The notes beneath the pieces were generated by a model that made no database searches, was not told where the DNA came from, and saw only the letters and a program-made list of their open reading frames with translations. The translations under genes were made by a program, and so were the position numbers. A stretch of 64,000 nucleotides of DNA. It comes from Cenococcum geophilum (taxonomy: Eukaryota). Of the stretch, positions 1 to 13,070 are shown in pieces (the stretch's first letter is position 1; each line of letters begins with the position of its first letter). Location of the stretch: contig CP158636.1 of NCBI GenBank assembly GCA_050273025.1, positions 8,618,001-8,682,000 of the forward strand, written 5' to 3'.

Positions 1-3000
1 CAAAGGAAAGAAAGTAGAGGAGCCTCTTAATAAGTTAATGGAAGCCCTTATAATTAACTTTAACTTAAATACTTAGGAATTAAAGACCTTAAAGACATTC
101 CTAACTACTTTTAGACCTTTTATAGACGGCTAAGCCTTTAATATTACGACCGTATTAGCCGACCGCTCCTTTATATACTTAATTACACCTAAAAACTAGC
201 CTATAAGTACACCTATTAGACCTGTTACGGACGTTATAGACCGCAAATAGGACCTATTTGCATATATTACTATAAAACGCTATACCCCCAAAGAATTCTA
301 TAGCGTTATAATTAATATAGGTGCCTTTAAAAGGTCTATTATAGGTTACGGATAATACCTTATATATAAAACCACTATAAATAATAATACGGATATTAAT
401 ACTATGCAAACTAGGGCTGTAAACGTCTAATTTGGTATTAGCTTAACCGTATTAATTAAATTAGTTACAGTTAAGACTTTAATTAGCCTAGTTAACTTCC
501 ATACAATAAAAGCGGATACCCCTTTTCTACTTTACCTTATAGATATAGATAGGTTATAGGTTTACTATAACAATATTACGGACACCTTAATTAGCCCTAT
601 AACTGCCCCAGAAAGCAAGGATATTACCCTACCAATTATATAATAATTTGGACACCTATTCCTTATATAGGGAGAGATTTTACGGACCTACATTTAAGAA
701 TCTTTTAACTATAACCTATGCTACCTTACCAGTACTAAAATCTACCACCTGTACTTCTGTTTCGGCCACCCGTTAGCCGAAAAGCTGTATAGAGTCCTGG
801 AACGCTTAGGATATAATAACGTTAATAGGAAGGCAATTAACCACCTAACTAAATACTGCTCCTTCTATTAGAAATATAGGCGTTCCCTAGGCTGATTTAA
901 GTTTACTCTTTATAAAGACCTTAATTTTAACCACTTAGTATATGTAGACATTATATATATTAACGGCAGCCTAGTATTATACATAATTAATAAGGTAACC
1001 CGCTATTAAGCCGCCCGTTAGTTATAAAATATATCTATAAAATATACTTAGGATATTTTACAGACCTACTAAATTAATATATACGTTAAACCCCCTAAGT
1101 ATATTACCTATAACGCTAGTAAAAACTTTATTAGTAAGGAATTCTAACAGTACGCTACGGCTATAGCTATTTTAATAAAAGCCGTTCTAGTTAAGGCGTA
1201 CTAGTCTATTAGGCTTATTAAGTAAGCTTACCTAGCTTTATAGAGAGCTTACTAGATTATTACGGACAAGTATAAGAATATCTAAAAGGAACTAGCTTTA
1301 CAGATAGCTATAAAAGCCGTTAATAACACCGCTAGCCCTAATAGACTAGTACCCACCCTCTTGGTTTATGGAGCCTACCTAAGGATAGGTAAACTAGACC
1401 CTCCTACCCCGTCCATTATAGATTAAGTAGCTGTAATATAGAAGGCAATAGCCGAAATAGTTAAGTTACAGGCTAAACAAACTATTAATAGCGCTCTATA
1501 CTACTGCAACGGACCTAATATAACCTTAGTTTATAACCTCCCGCTTAATTCTAAAGTCCTTATATAGTATAAGAGCGGCAACTGGACTGGACCTTATTAT
1601 CTACTAGCTGTAGAAGACGAAACGTGCTGTGTATAACTTCCTAGCAGACTAACTAACTTTAGAAGCACGTCCATAAAACCCTACTTTTGGTCTAAAAATA
1701 CCTGTGCTGTTAAACTAGATAAACTAGAAGCACCCGCTAAACTAAATGAATTAAAAGTACCCCTACCTACTTTAGAAGTCCCCCAGAAACCTATTAAACC
1801 TACTATAAAGCACAATTAAGGACGCCCCTAAAAGCACCCTATAACTAAGAACCCTATAATAAAGAATTACCTAACCTCCGCAGGTATATCTATAAGGTAA
1901 CTTCCACCTACAGATATATTAGTTCTAGTATAGGAAACCCCCTTTATGGACTTATAACATAAAAAGATCAACGGACTACTTAAAAAGGGCGTCTTTGCGG
2001 TTATAATGGAGAGAGACATTCCGCAAGGCGTCCGTATATTTAACTCGCGCTTTATTAATAAAATTAAGCACCCTAGTACTAATAAAGCCTTTAAAAAATT
2101 AAGGCTTATTATATAAGCTTATAATAACTAGGGAAAGGACTTAGTTCTTACGCAATTGCCTATAATTTAACGGGTTAGTTAACGGATTATACTTGCACTT
2201 ATGCCTAGACTATAGCAAATTAAACCTATAGCCCTTTACTTATGGGATATCTCGCAAGCCTATATGTAGTCTAACACCTACCTAAGTAGAGATATCTTTA
2301 TACGACCACCCTATAAGCTTAACTTATAATTAAGAATAATTTTATAGGTTATAAAACCCCTTTATAGAGTGCTAGAAGCTAGAAACCACTGGTTTAAAAT
2401 ATATTACTAGCATTACGTTAGTAAACTTGAAATAAAACAGTTAACCTATAACCCTTGCCTCCTATACACCCTATTAAACGGCCTTAGTATTATCGGACTC
2501 CAAATGGATAATACCCTTTTTTTAGCGGACCGGACTTTTGTAGACGCTAAAGAGACTAAACTATAAGAGGTAAGGTTTTTAGTAAAGCCGTAAGAGTAGT
2601 TAACTAAGTAAACTCCAATTAAGTTTAATAGAGGCTTAATTATATAAAAGGGCAACCTAATCTAGCTAACTTAGGAACGCCAAGCTTAAAACCTAAGGCT
2701 TATTATAGTAAAGCCTACGGACCTTACTAGTTCCTATAAAAAGACCTATAAGACCGTAAATATAAAGGACTAATATATTATATAGCGTATAAGAGGCGCC
2801 TATATTACCACAGTCTGTCAACCCAAATCTACCTATAATTTATCCTTTACGGCCCAGGTAATAGATCTATAAAAGAAAAATATTAAGCAGCTAAATAAGC
2901 GTATTTAGTGGCAAATTGATAATATAATAAGAGGACTTACTTTTGTACCACTAGACCTAAATTCCCTTAGCGTACTAGTATTTATAGACGCCTCCTTTGC

Positions 3001-3475
3001 TAATAATAGGGACCTATTATTATAAATCGGCTTTATAATTATACTTACGGACCGTAATTAAGACGCAAATATACTATATTAGTCTTTAATTAAATGTAAA
3101 TAAGTAACCTATAGTATACTGGCTTCTAAACTATATATACTAGCCTATGGCTTTAATATAGGAGCCGTAATTAAGTTAACAATCCAGAAGATCCTATAAT
3201 TGGAGTAATTACCCCTAGTTCTATACACCGACTTAAAGTCCCTTTATAACTGTATAGTTAAACTAGGTACAATATAAGAGAAGAGGCTTATAGTCGACCT
3301 AATATGCCTATATTAGGCCTATAAACGACGTAAAATTACAGAGGTTAAATAAATTAGCAGTGGAGATAACCTAGTGGACGCTATAACTAAGGCAAAGCCG
3401 TGTTAAGCTCTTAAAACCCTAATTAACATAAATAAGCTTAATCTAAAGGTTATAGAATAGGTGGAACGAGACTAA
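1..3475 (+). pseudogene. copia pol polyprotein (PR-INT-RT-RNaseH), many RIP stop codons
   Basis: One reading frame with stops at expected Q/W positions, ending '...EWVERD*' at ~3475. Confidence 0.88.
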
Positions 3476-3724
3476 CGGAGTACTTATAGTTTATTTACGG
3501 CCCTTTAGAAGGCCGTACGGTTTATTTATAACCCGTAGAAAGGCCGTACGGTTTATTTTACGGGCCATAAGTAGGACTTACGGCTAGCTTAAAGCACCGT
3601 TTAGAAGGCAGCCTAGAAGGCACCTTAGGAGGGATTTCCTATATATTTCTTTTATGTTTTTACAGTTCTAATAAGGCAATTACGGAGGCTATATATAAGT
3701 GGGTCTATCTTTAAGTGCCGCTAG

Positions 3725-3890
3725 TATATAATTATAGCACCTAGTATACCAAACGCGTGCCTACGCGTTTAGTGCACTAACCACTTGCTTATAACTAATT
3801 AGGGGGGGGGACACGTTAGTATATAGACTACGTAGTCTACCTCAATAGAATCGACAGTTACCACCATCTAAAAGAGCATACGATACTATA
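3725..3890 (+). repeat. Probable 3' LTR of the copia element (~165 bp)
   Basis: Follows the pol 3' UTR; TA..TA ends are compatible with RIP-mutated TG..CA. The partner LTR is outside the window, so this cannot be confirmed. Confidence 0.45.
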
Positions 3891-3929
3891 CGTATTTCGT
3901 GCCCCTGGATATGGCTTACTTATATTATT

Positions 3930-6330
3930 AAATTGATACAAACAATAGTTAATAAGGAGTTAATTAAGAAATGGAAGCTCGTTTATTATCTAAGCCAAGG
4001 CTATAAACTTTTAGTGCTAGCCTTAACTATTAAAACTAAAGAGGAATCTGCACTAGAGCCAGTTGCTCTAGTACCTCTACTATTACCTTTTAAGGAGGTT
4101 AAAGGCTTGAATATAAGAATGCTGCGTAGCTCGTTTCTATTTAGAGGTAAGATACCTAAAGCATAAGGAGAAGACTCCAAATCTAATAAATCTACGTCTT
4201 TAGAGGATGACCTTGTCGCTAGCTCCCTATAGAAATATAGGGCTAAAAAAGCTTTTAAGAAATCCCTAAGAAAGAAGCTAAAGATAGGACCTATAAAGCC
4301 TCTAGCTTCTAGTAGGGCTAACAGGCAAAAGAAAAAAGTAATAATAATTACTAAAGGAGAGGTAATTATTATAAAAGCACGGCCGAAGTGGAAAATGAAA
4401 TACTCGTATTATTCTAAAACGCCAGCTAAATTAATTAAGGCCCTTAACTCTAAGAAAGAGCTAAAAGACGGTATCTTTTCTATTTTATACTAATTTATTA
4501 TAGCCTAGCAAGAAAATGGAATAGAAGTCCGCGCGTTATACCGGATATATCTTTAAAAAATAGCAGGGTTATTAGGATTAAATGCCAGCGTTTCTTTTAC
4601 TAATTTATATTTACAAATCCACTTAGTCTCTAAGAACTATAATACTATTAATATTCTCTAAACAGCTAAAAGCTCCTATTTCTAGTTTAAAAAGAATAGT
4701 CGCCTAAAGCATATAAATAATAACCTTAGAATTTACGCTTATTCTGCTATATAGCCTAGTAATTATCTAGTAGACCGCGTAGGATTAAGAAAGCTTATAT
4801 TAAGCTTAAAAGGGGAACTTAAATAGGACCTACTCGGAATCCACTACGCCGATTTATTTAAATAGTAGAAAGATATTAGAATTCTAGGCATTTTTAAGAA
4901 AGAGTTTAATATATACGCACACCATTTATAAAAGACTGCTAGGGAAGAGAAAGATAATATCCTCTAGACTATATATTATTTCTTATTATAATAGGTGGTT
5001 TATATAGATCTGGAGCACTATAGACATACTATAGCTTTACGCACTAATAATGCTACTTATTTTATTATATATCTAAGCTATACACTCCGGTTTCTTAATG
5101 GCCATCTTCCTAAAAAACAGAACTTAGAAATTAATCTTCTCTAGGTATATAAAGGAGGGCCAAATTCTAAAGATAGCTAGCTTCATTTTTATATTTTCTT
5201 AGTTAAGGAGGGGAGTTAGTTTTATATAGAACTCCTACCTAGAATATATTAGTATATACTAGAATAGGTAGATTTACTTTAAAAGCGCGGAGAACTTAAT
5301 AGTAAGGGGCGTATTAAGAATATAGAGACGGCCTAGACTAGGGCTAATACTAAAAGGTTTAAGCTTAACTAGATGCCTATTACGTTAAAAACTAAGGAAG
5401 TACGGTTTATAAAAGCTACTATTATATAAGGAGCATCTTAAGCAACATTAAGCTGCTTAATTATTACTTTAGACTTAATTATAATCCTGCTAAATATTAG
5501 GAAATTAGAAATCCCTAGGCTTAAGAGCTAGTAGGAGGTTATATAGATAAATCTAACTAGTCTTCCCCTAGTTTTAACTCCTACTAGCAAACCTATTACT
5601 AGTATTCCTCTATATAAATTCCCAGCCTATATATAACTATAGGCAAAGAGTGCCCTTTTAAATGCTTTAGTTAGAAGACTTTTATAGAATAATTCTTAAG
5701 TAAGGGCAGAACAGCGGGTAATTCTAAATCCTACCTTAAAAACCTAAGTTTAGATCTAGAAAACGAGGGTATAACTTCTAGTACTCCTCTATTAACTGAG
5801 TATAGTTCTAAAGGCTATACTAAAGGTAAGGATAGGGCTATTACGCCTTAAGGCACTAGGACTACTGCTCTAAACCTTAGTCCTAATATCTTTAATAACA
5901 AAGTAGTGCCTATAAAGATTAACCGTAAACTAAAGGATCTAAGTAAGCCTAAGGGAGATAGCCTCTAGGATGCTGCCCCTAAATAATTATTAACAGTTAT
6001 TAGTACCTTGGAAGACACTAATAAACTAGTAGTATTATACTACTTAACGCCTTTACTAATTTCGGAAAGGGGTGCTGCTTTAGGAGAGCAGGTAATTAAC
6101 TTTAGTATTCTATAATCTCCCTTATAAAAGAAAATATAAGCAGAAATGCATACTATTAAAAAAAGAGTATCTTTAAACCTCTAAGCTAGAGATATTAATA
6201 TATAGGATAATAAAAGTGCAAAACTTAAAGTAAAAGGTATAGTAGATAAGGATAATACAAAAGAAGCGGAGGTAATAATTAAGGAAGGAGTATAGGTAGC
6301 TTTTAATAAGTTAGAGGAGTATTAGGCGTT
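3930..6330 (+). pseudogene. Unidentified RIP-decayed coding sequence
   Basis: Long protein-like reading frame interrupted mainly by TAA/TAG; no family recognised. Confidence 0.3.
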
Positions 6331-8759
6331 AGGGTATCTTCTTTTTTAGGGTATTTATTACCCACTTTAGAAGATATAATGAAACGTTAGGGGATAACGT
6401 TTTAGGTAGGGGAGGTAATATAGTAGTGTTAAATGCCCCTTAGTTATTTTAGTTCGTTTTCTTATTATATATATAAAACTTAAGGTTATATATATTTTAA
6501 AAGGAGCTTAGGTTTTAACCTTACCTTACCTTAATATAACTTCTCCTCTACCCTTTATTAATTAACGACTTCTCTAGTATAATTTAAGTCATTCCATTCT
6601 TTTATTTATAATACTTAATTAAATATTATCTTTTAGTATTAGGCTTTACCCTTTTATACTACCTATAATAGTAGTAATATTAATCCGGTTATAAAGCTAA
6701 AGCTCCCTATATACTACTATATATATATTAAACAGCTTATTAGTAATAGGGCTTAGCGGAATATATAGGGTGCAAAAATATTATTAGAATAGTTATTTTG
6801 TTACGCGGGAAACTGCATCAGGAAATAGAGGCTTCCTTTATAGGTAAGGCGCCCTCGCTTATTAACCTAGGCTAAGCCAAGACTGCCCCTTAACCTCAAC
6901 CATAAAAGGCCATTTCTCTCGCTACTTTTCCTCTTATCCTCCATCTTTCCTTTCTCCTAACACTACGCCTCCTCCTCTTCTTACTACTAGTCCCTAGCAC
7001 GGTCGCATTAAGGCATTTCTGCCGTTCCTTTAGCGCTAATGCGTATACAAGTCTAGCCTACTTATTATTTTATTCCCCTATATTTTAGACTAATAATTAA
7101 TATAGTTAACTACGGCCTTTCTAATAGGCGAGTCTCCATTCTATGGTAATATATAAATAGTCTTAGCCTTCTCTCCTAATTCCCGCCTCTAGAGTTAATG
7201 GCTTTAATTTTTATTAAGCTCTTTTGGCGCCGCCTCTGTCCGCTAAGCGCGTCTATATCCTTATAATTCTATTCTCTTTCTTATATACACCCCTCTCTCT
7301 TTTCACCTTCCAGATAACGCTAGTCCGCAACCATCCCATAGGAAGGGGGTTAGGGGAATTCCACAGTTATTAGCCGCGTCAGCACTATTGTCTTATTTAA
7401 CTCTGCCGCATATCTCCTTTTAAGGTAGGGAGGGACAGGCGTGCCGTATCGCCCCCCTTAAGGGCTTAAGCGAGCTTACGTTATACTTATTTTAGCTAAC
7501 CTACGCGCTATTTTCTTACCTGGGATATACTATTAGTTAGACGGCCCACTTTAGCATTCGCTAATAGCTAAAGCCACCTATATTATAACTAGTATGCCTA
7601 CTAAGCTACCTAGTGGAAAAGCAGCTAGACGTCGCCAATTTAAATAACCACCCCATATGGGGCTGTGTTAGGTATTATTTAAACGGATATTTTATAAAGC
7701 GTTGCCTAGGTAGCTATATATACCTACCTAGTAATATAGTTGCATTACTACGGATATTTCAAAGACGCCGTTTAATCTACTAGTTTAGGGCTAAGGGGCT
7801 ATTAGCTCTACCTAGCTGCTTAGCAGCAGAGCGGTAAAGGATTAACAATTTGGCCTTTTAAGCTATGGGGCTATAATGGGAACCACCTGGATTAAAATTA
7901 AGAGGTTATAGCTTTTGGGCGTATAATGGATCAGTAGCACCACAGTACGACTATAAAGGAATCTCTAACACTAGCCGGCTATATTAGGAGGGCGAGCATT
8001 ATACAGCACCTCGTGTAGCACCCTATGCAGTCCTTTACCTAGCGTATTTATATATCTGTATACAATTACTATATAAGCGGCAGGCGTATCCATTACTAGG
8101 CTGTTAGCATTGGAGAGCCCCACCTACTACTAACAAGAATACTACCTCCTTCCATTATAGATAGCTCGCAACACGCACGCATAAGCGGGGCTTCACATCT
8201 TATTAATACGAGCGGCGTAGAAGATTAGCTGGATCGGCATTATCGGGAAGTAAATAGACACGTTAGCACTGCCCTTTACTAACAAGGGTAGAGAATTTAA
8301 GCCACCAACCTCCTAATAAGGGGCTAGATGCAACGGCTGTATTAGAGCTAAACACGTTAGCTCGGACGGGCGGATATGGTTTAACCATAATTTGCTAAGG
8401 GTATTAATTAGGCACTGGAATTTAAGCCCTTACAAACCTTACTCTACAAACGGCAATTAACCCCAGTCTATACTAGAGGCGCACGTATTAAATGCTTTAA
8501 TTTAATAAGAAACTTAAATAAGGGGTAAGGGGCAAGGGGCAATAGACAAGTGCTAGCGGTAAAGGGAGGACTAACTTAAAAAGACTATTAATCCCCCCTT
8601 AAAGCTTTTAAAAGCTATAAAGCAATAGCAACTTTAATAACAATAATGTTAGCACTACCTTAATCTTCATTTCGTATTCCTTATAAAATTTCGCTTAATA
8701 AGAACAATTTCTACACTAGTCCCCCTAGAAGATTAATAGCTTCATCTTAGTACTATAGA

Positions 8760-10620
8760 ATTACTGCCCCTAAGAAAAGCGCGAGTAGTAAACCTAAAAA
8801 GAGAAATAGGGGAGTACCTCTTTTCCTCCTAGAGAGTTAAGAAGCATTAGAAGCTTAGGCACTTAATAGTATATTATTCTACCTAGGGCCTTAATTTAGA
8901 GATTCCATTTAATAAAGCGCCTATAGACCCTATATATAATTATAAGAAAGCTTATAACAAGTATTATAAGAATAATAAGGATAAAGAGGATAATAAGGAA
9001 GATTTCTATAGGGATGGAAATGACAGTTAAGTCTCTAGGGGAAGTAGTTAAGGTAATTATCTTAATAATTATCCTACTACTCTCCCTCTTTCCCTAGTAG
9101 TTCTAAATATATAGTTTTAATAACTAGTAGTAAATCTAATAGTTATTAAAGATAATATAGCCGATTTAGACTTAGAAGCTAAGGGTAATAAAGCTAGTAA
9201 CGCTAATAATAAAGCTAGCGAAGTTAACGAAGCTAGTAAAGCCGATAACTAACTAATATCCCATAAATTAGGTATATGCCTCCCTTTAATTTATAATGGC
9301 CTTATTTAACAATTAGTAGATAACCGGAATAATAGTAGTAATAAGAATAATAAAGAAGATAAGGAGCTGCCTTCGTTAGAAGCGCTATAAGAGGAGGTAC
9401 GCGTACCTATATATAATCGTACTATACCCTTAACGCTAGACGGTAATTAAACGGATAATTTAGCTAAGGGGCATCGCATTAGAACTACTCCGCAGTTTAG
9501 GTAAAAGCTTAAGATATTAGTAATTACTAGTTAAGAATCTTTAAGAGCTAAGAAGTTAAAAAAGCGGAGGTTTAATTAGCTTAAGTAACTAGATAATACT
9601 AATTATATTTTTAATACTTCTATTAGCGAGAGCAATAAGAACCTATAACCTAGGAAGTAACGAAGTTTACTAGCTTTTTAGAAGACTTTACCTCCTAGCC
9701 CTTTTACCCTTGGCCTTAATAATGGCGATAAACGTATTAAGGAGCGAGTGGCCTCCGCTGCGTAGTCCGCCAGCCCTTCCCTTTAGCGATCTTCGTCTTC
9801 TTATAATGTTGGACTACCGCAAGACAAGGTTAACAACAGTCGTAATTAAAATTTTAACGATCTTATTAATAGCTTGGCTAAAGAATGCGATTATAGTAAG
9901 AGTAATATAGATAAAGGTAAGGCTGAGAACTATAACGATAGAAGCAATAACAGCGGTGATACGGATAATGATGACACTAGGGACGGCGACAGTAGCGATG
10001 GCGATAGTAGTGATAGTGACGAGAGTAACGAGGCCCGCGGGTGTGTAGGATAATAAGGATTGCCAAAGCATCGTCTTTAGCGGTCTTACCGTTCTCCTTT
10101 AATTTTATCCCTATACACGTCTACCTAGAGTACTACGCTCAGCAGCGATTACCGTAAGCGGGTTAGATCCATAATACGTAATCGCCTACGTACCCAAAAA
10201 CCGCTGTTAAACTCTATCTCTGGCTTTGGCCCTAATAAAGCGATACCGGGAACTACCTTAAATAATTTAAAAGAATTATTAATTTAAGCTATTTGTAAGC
10301 GCTAAAAAGATAGGTTATACGCAGTAGATATACTTCCTTAATAATTCTACTTACCAGTTAACCTAGTCTAGTAACCTTAAGAGCTAGAATTAAAGCCCTA
10401 AAAGCTAAAGTCTAGAGTAAAATTTATAGAAGAGGAAGACGCGCTACTTACTAATCTAAAGAAGAAATAAAATCTCTTATAGGAACAGATTAAAGACAGC
10501 TTTTTAAAAAGAAGCCTTGGATTACTATAGGGTCATTACTGTTTAAAATTAAAGGCTTAGCCTGTTGCACAGAAGAAAAGGGGGCAGCCCGCTAGGCGGA
10601 AGAATCGGCAGTAATAATAG
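8760..10620 (+). pseudogene. Acidic low-complexity protein with C-terminal Myb/SANT-like domain
   Basis: D/S-rich tract at 9900-10040 (GDTDNDDTRDGDSSDGDSSDSDES). At ~10420-10560 it reads 'KFIEEEDALLTNLKKK*NLL*EQIKDSFLKRSLGLL*GHYCLKLK', which de-RIPs to a Myb/SANT pattern (FT.EEDALL..LK....LSWEQI...FP.RS.GSLQ.HYC.KLK). Start is uncertain. Confidence 0.65.
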
Positions 10621-11599
10621 TGCTGTTCTTTTTAGCTTAAAGTTCTATTTCCTTCTATAGTAGCTTCTATATATCACGCAATTTTATAAGGCGTTTCCCT
10701 TACGAGTCTGTCTATAGCTACGCTAGCTTTAGATACCCATAATAGCGCTAAATTAGGTCTAGTGTTCTATGCCGGAAAAAAGTTCTAACGGTCTTCTATG
10801 GCAACCAATTACCAACTACAGTCGCTCCCTGCGTAGCGAGACACCCTCCGTGCCAAGACGCATCCCCAGTTTTAATATCCTAACTCTCTCCCTTAGCAAT
10901 ATATAAAGTTACTTTTAGGATAGTAATGTTCTTTTAATATCTATCCTTAGATACTTAGCCTGCAGAAAGAAAAATACACAACACTAGTTATATCGTCAAT
11001 CATTCTATATACAGCATCTAAACCTACTTAAGCTTTGCACCCCTGCTCTACTGCCACTATAAACATTTTTTTCAAATTCTAACTCCTTATACTTAGACCT
11101 ATATTAACAAAGAACCCTACTCTCAGATTTAAAGACATTTCGCCCATAAGAATATACACTCTAAGTGTCTCTAAGTGTCTCTAAGTAGAGACGTGGGTCA
11201 TATATATTAATAGAAGGGGTTAGTGCGCTTACCTAGTGCTATACTATATTCTTACACTATACCCAATAGACTTAAGGTGTGGCGTTCTTCTCAAACTTTC
11301 TAATAATATCACATGTTGGCTATTTTCACACTTTTAACATTATATATATAGCAAAACGTCACCTATAGCAAGAAAACTTATTCTTAAAGATTCGTTATAG
11401 CAAACTGCCTATTATTAGGACCCTAGCTATAGGGGACCTAAGAATTCGCAAGAGGAACATTATAGCTTATATAGGATATACCCTTCAGCTAAATCCTACC
11501 AGCTCGGCAGCAATTTATCTATCCTACACCTACAATACAGACTGTTCCTATACTATCAATTATTATGCCTACTCCCCTAAACAAGTACCTATATTGGCC

Positions 11600-11854
11600 T
11601 AATCTACTTTGTTAATATAGCAGGTATTAACGCAAAAGTACTCAAGGCCATTACGCCGCGCCTACTAAGCGCAAAACCGTACCTTATCAAAGCATGCCTT
11701 GTTTTATTACAGCCCTTAAGCATTTTATCGTACATCACCTCCTTACCATCTTGCCATGTATGCGAGAGGATTGCATATGGTGGAACCTCATCGTCTCTAG
11801 CGAATCTTTAGTAAAGCTAAACGTGTCCGTTCTATCGCATTTCAGGAGCCGCAT
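11600..11854 (-). pseudogene. HET-domain (heterokaryon incompatibility) gene, 5' fragment
   Basis: The minus strand reads 'MRLLKCD...DDEVPPYAILSHTWQDG.EVMYD..' then, across frameshifts, 'FDKVRFCA..ARRNGLEYFCVNTCYINK'. These match the HET-domain N-terminal motifs YAILSHTW and WVDTCCIDK. Similarity stops near 11600. Confidence 0.8.
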
Positions 11855-13070
11855 TACGCGCGAACGTACTCATTAACGCGGAACAAGGAAAAGGGGGCCT
11901 GCGTCTTTAACGCCGCAGCTAAGGGAAAGCGCTAAGTTAGCAACTTAGCAGATCTAAAGCGAATATAAGTACGTTAAGACAACGCAGAGGCTACACGAAT
12001 ATAATAGTGTTTCTAGAAGAGGCACTCAGTAAAGGATTGGCAATGCAGTAATACTAGGCTCAGCCGCAGCATAGCCTAGCGAGGCTGACGCAGGCATCCT
12101 AAAGCTAAATGTAAGCAGTCAAGCACGCTATATAGCCCGTATCAATATTAAGGTTATATAGAGTAGAAATAAATAGAAATATAAGCAAATTTATAGACAT
12201 AAGTCTAGCCGTTAGCAATTACTTTAATCTCTTCTCTAGAGTTGGATTAATTATTAGACTTTCCGGGCATTTATAGGAAAGTCTTTACTATTAACTTTAG
12301 CGTAGACCTTAAGGAATAAATTTCCTATAAATGCTAATATTGCGATTTACCGTTATAAGAACCTGCTATTTAATTAGTATCCTTTATAAAAAAGAAGAGT
12401 TTAAATATAAACCTACGCCTTTGTCTAAATAATATTAGGGTATTAAGATGGTACAGTAGAGGTAATACAGACGAGTAATATATATATATATAACATTCAA
12501 GAACCCAAGGGGGTAGGGTTTTAATATTACATAGTATTAAAAATATGCGGTTAGTTCCGGATCCTAGTTTTAATAAGGTATCACTAAGCCATAGCTACGT
12601 GCGCTAACCCGTAAAGAGGATATAGCTAAGCACTAGTAAATAATTAACAGCTCTCACCCGTAAAATCTTACTAATTATGCGATCCTTAATACAAGTATAG
12701 TTTAAGCAAAGTGCGCATTATGCCTAAGGACATATAGTGTAATATGCCGGGATAGTAATATAATTGCTTTTAAATCGCAGTTAGCGTTGCCTTATACTTT
12801 AATTACTAAACCTTAGGTATCTTATAGTTGCGCAGATGGCCAATAAACAGCACCCCTCTTATCGGACGTTTGACTATGCCCAGCTCTTATTAGAGAGTTT
12901 TTACCTTAAAGGATACCCTATAAACTTAATAAAAGTTTAATCCTTAGATCGCAATGCGAACAAATCGTCCCCTTTAGATAAGCAATTACCCAACTCTATC
13001 TTGTCCATTTCTCGATTAAACTTAGGTTATTTTATCTTAGAAGATAACCAACTTAAGAAGACAGAGGCTT

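Larger units (their letters stand above)
1..3890 (+). mobile_element. Ty1/copia LTR retrotransposon, 3' portion (5' end outside window), RIP-inactivated
   Basis: De-RIPed translation gives copia domain order protease (DTGA-like, ~316-360), integrase (~900-1400), RT (~1950-2700; 'VRIFNSRFVDEIK..KSRLVVQAYND'), RNase H (~2980-3400; 'FTDASFANNRD..SQIG', 'TDSKSLYD', 'NPADAMTK'). Confidence 0.9.

Noticed and set aside
6400..8700. Possible genes in this interval
   Set aside because: No recognisable motif or consistent frame was found on either strand by manual reading.
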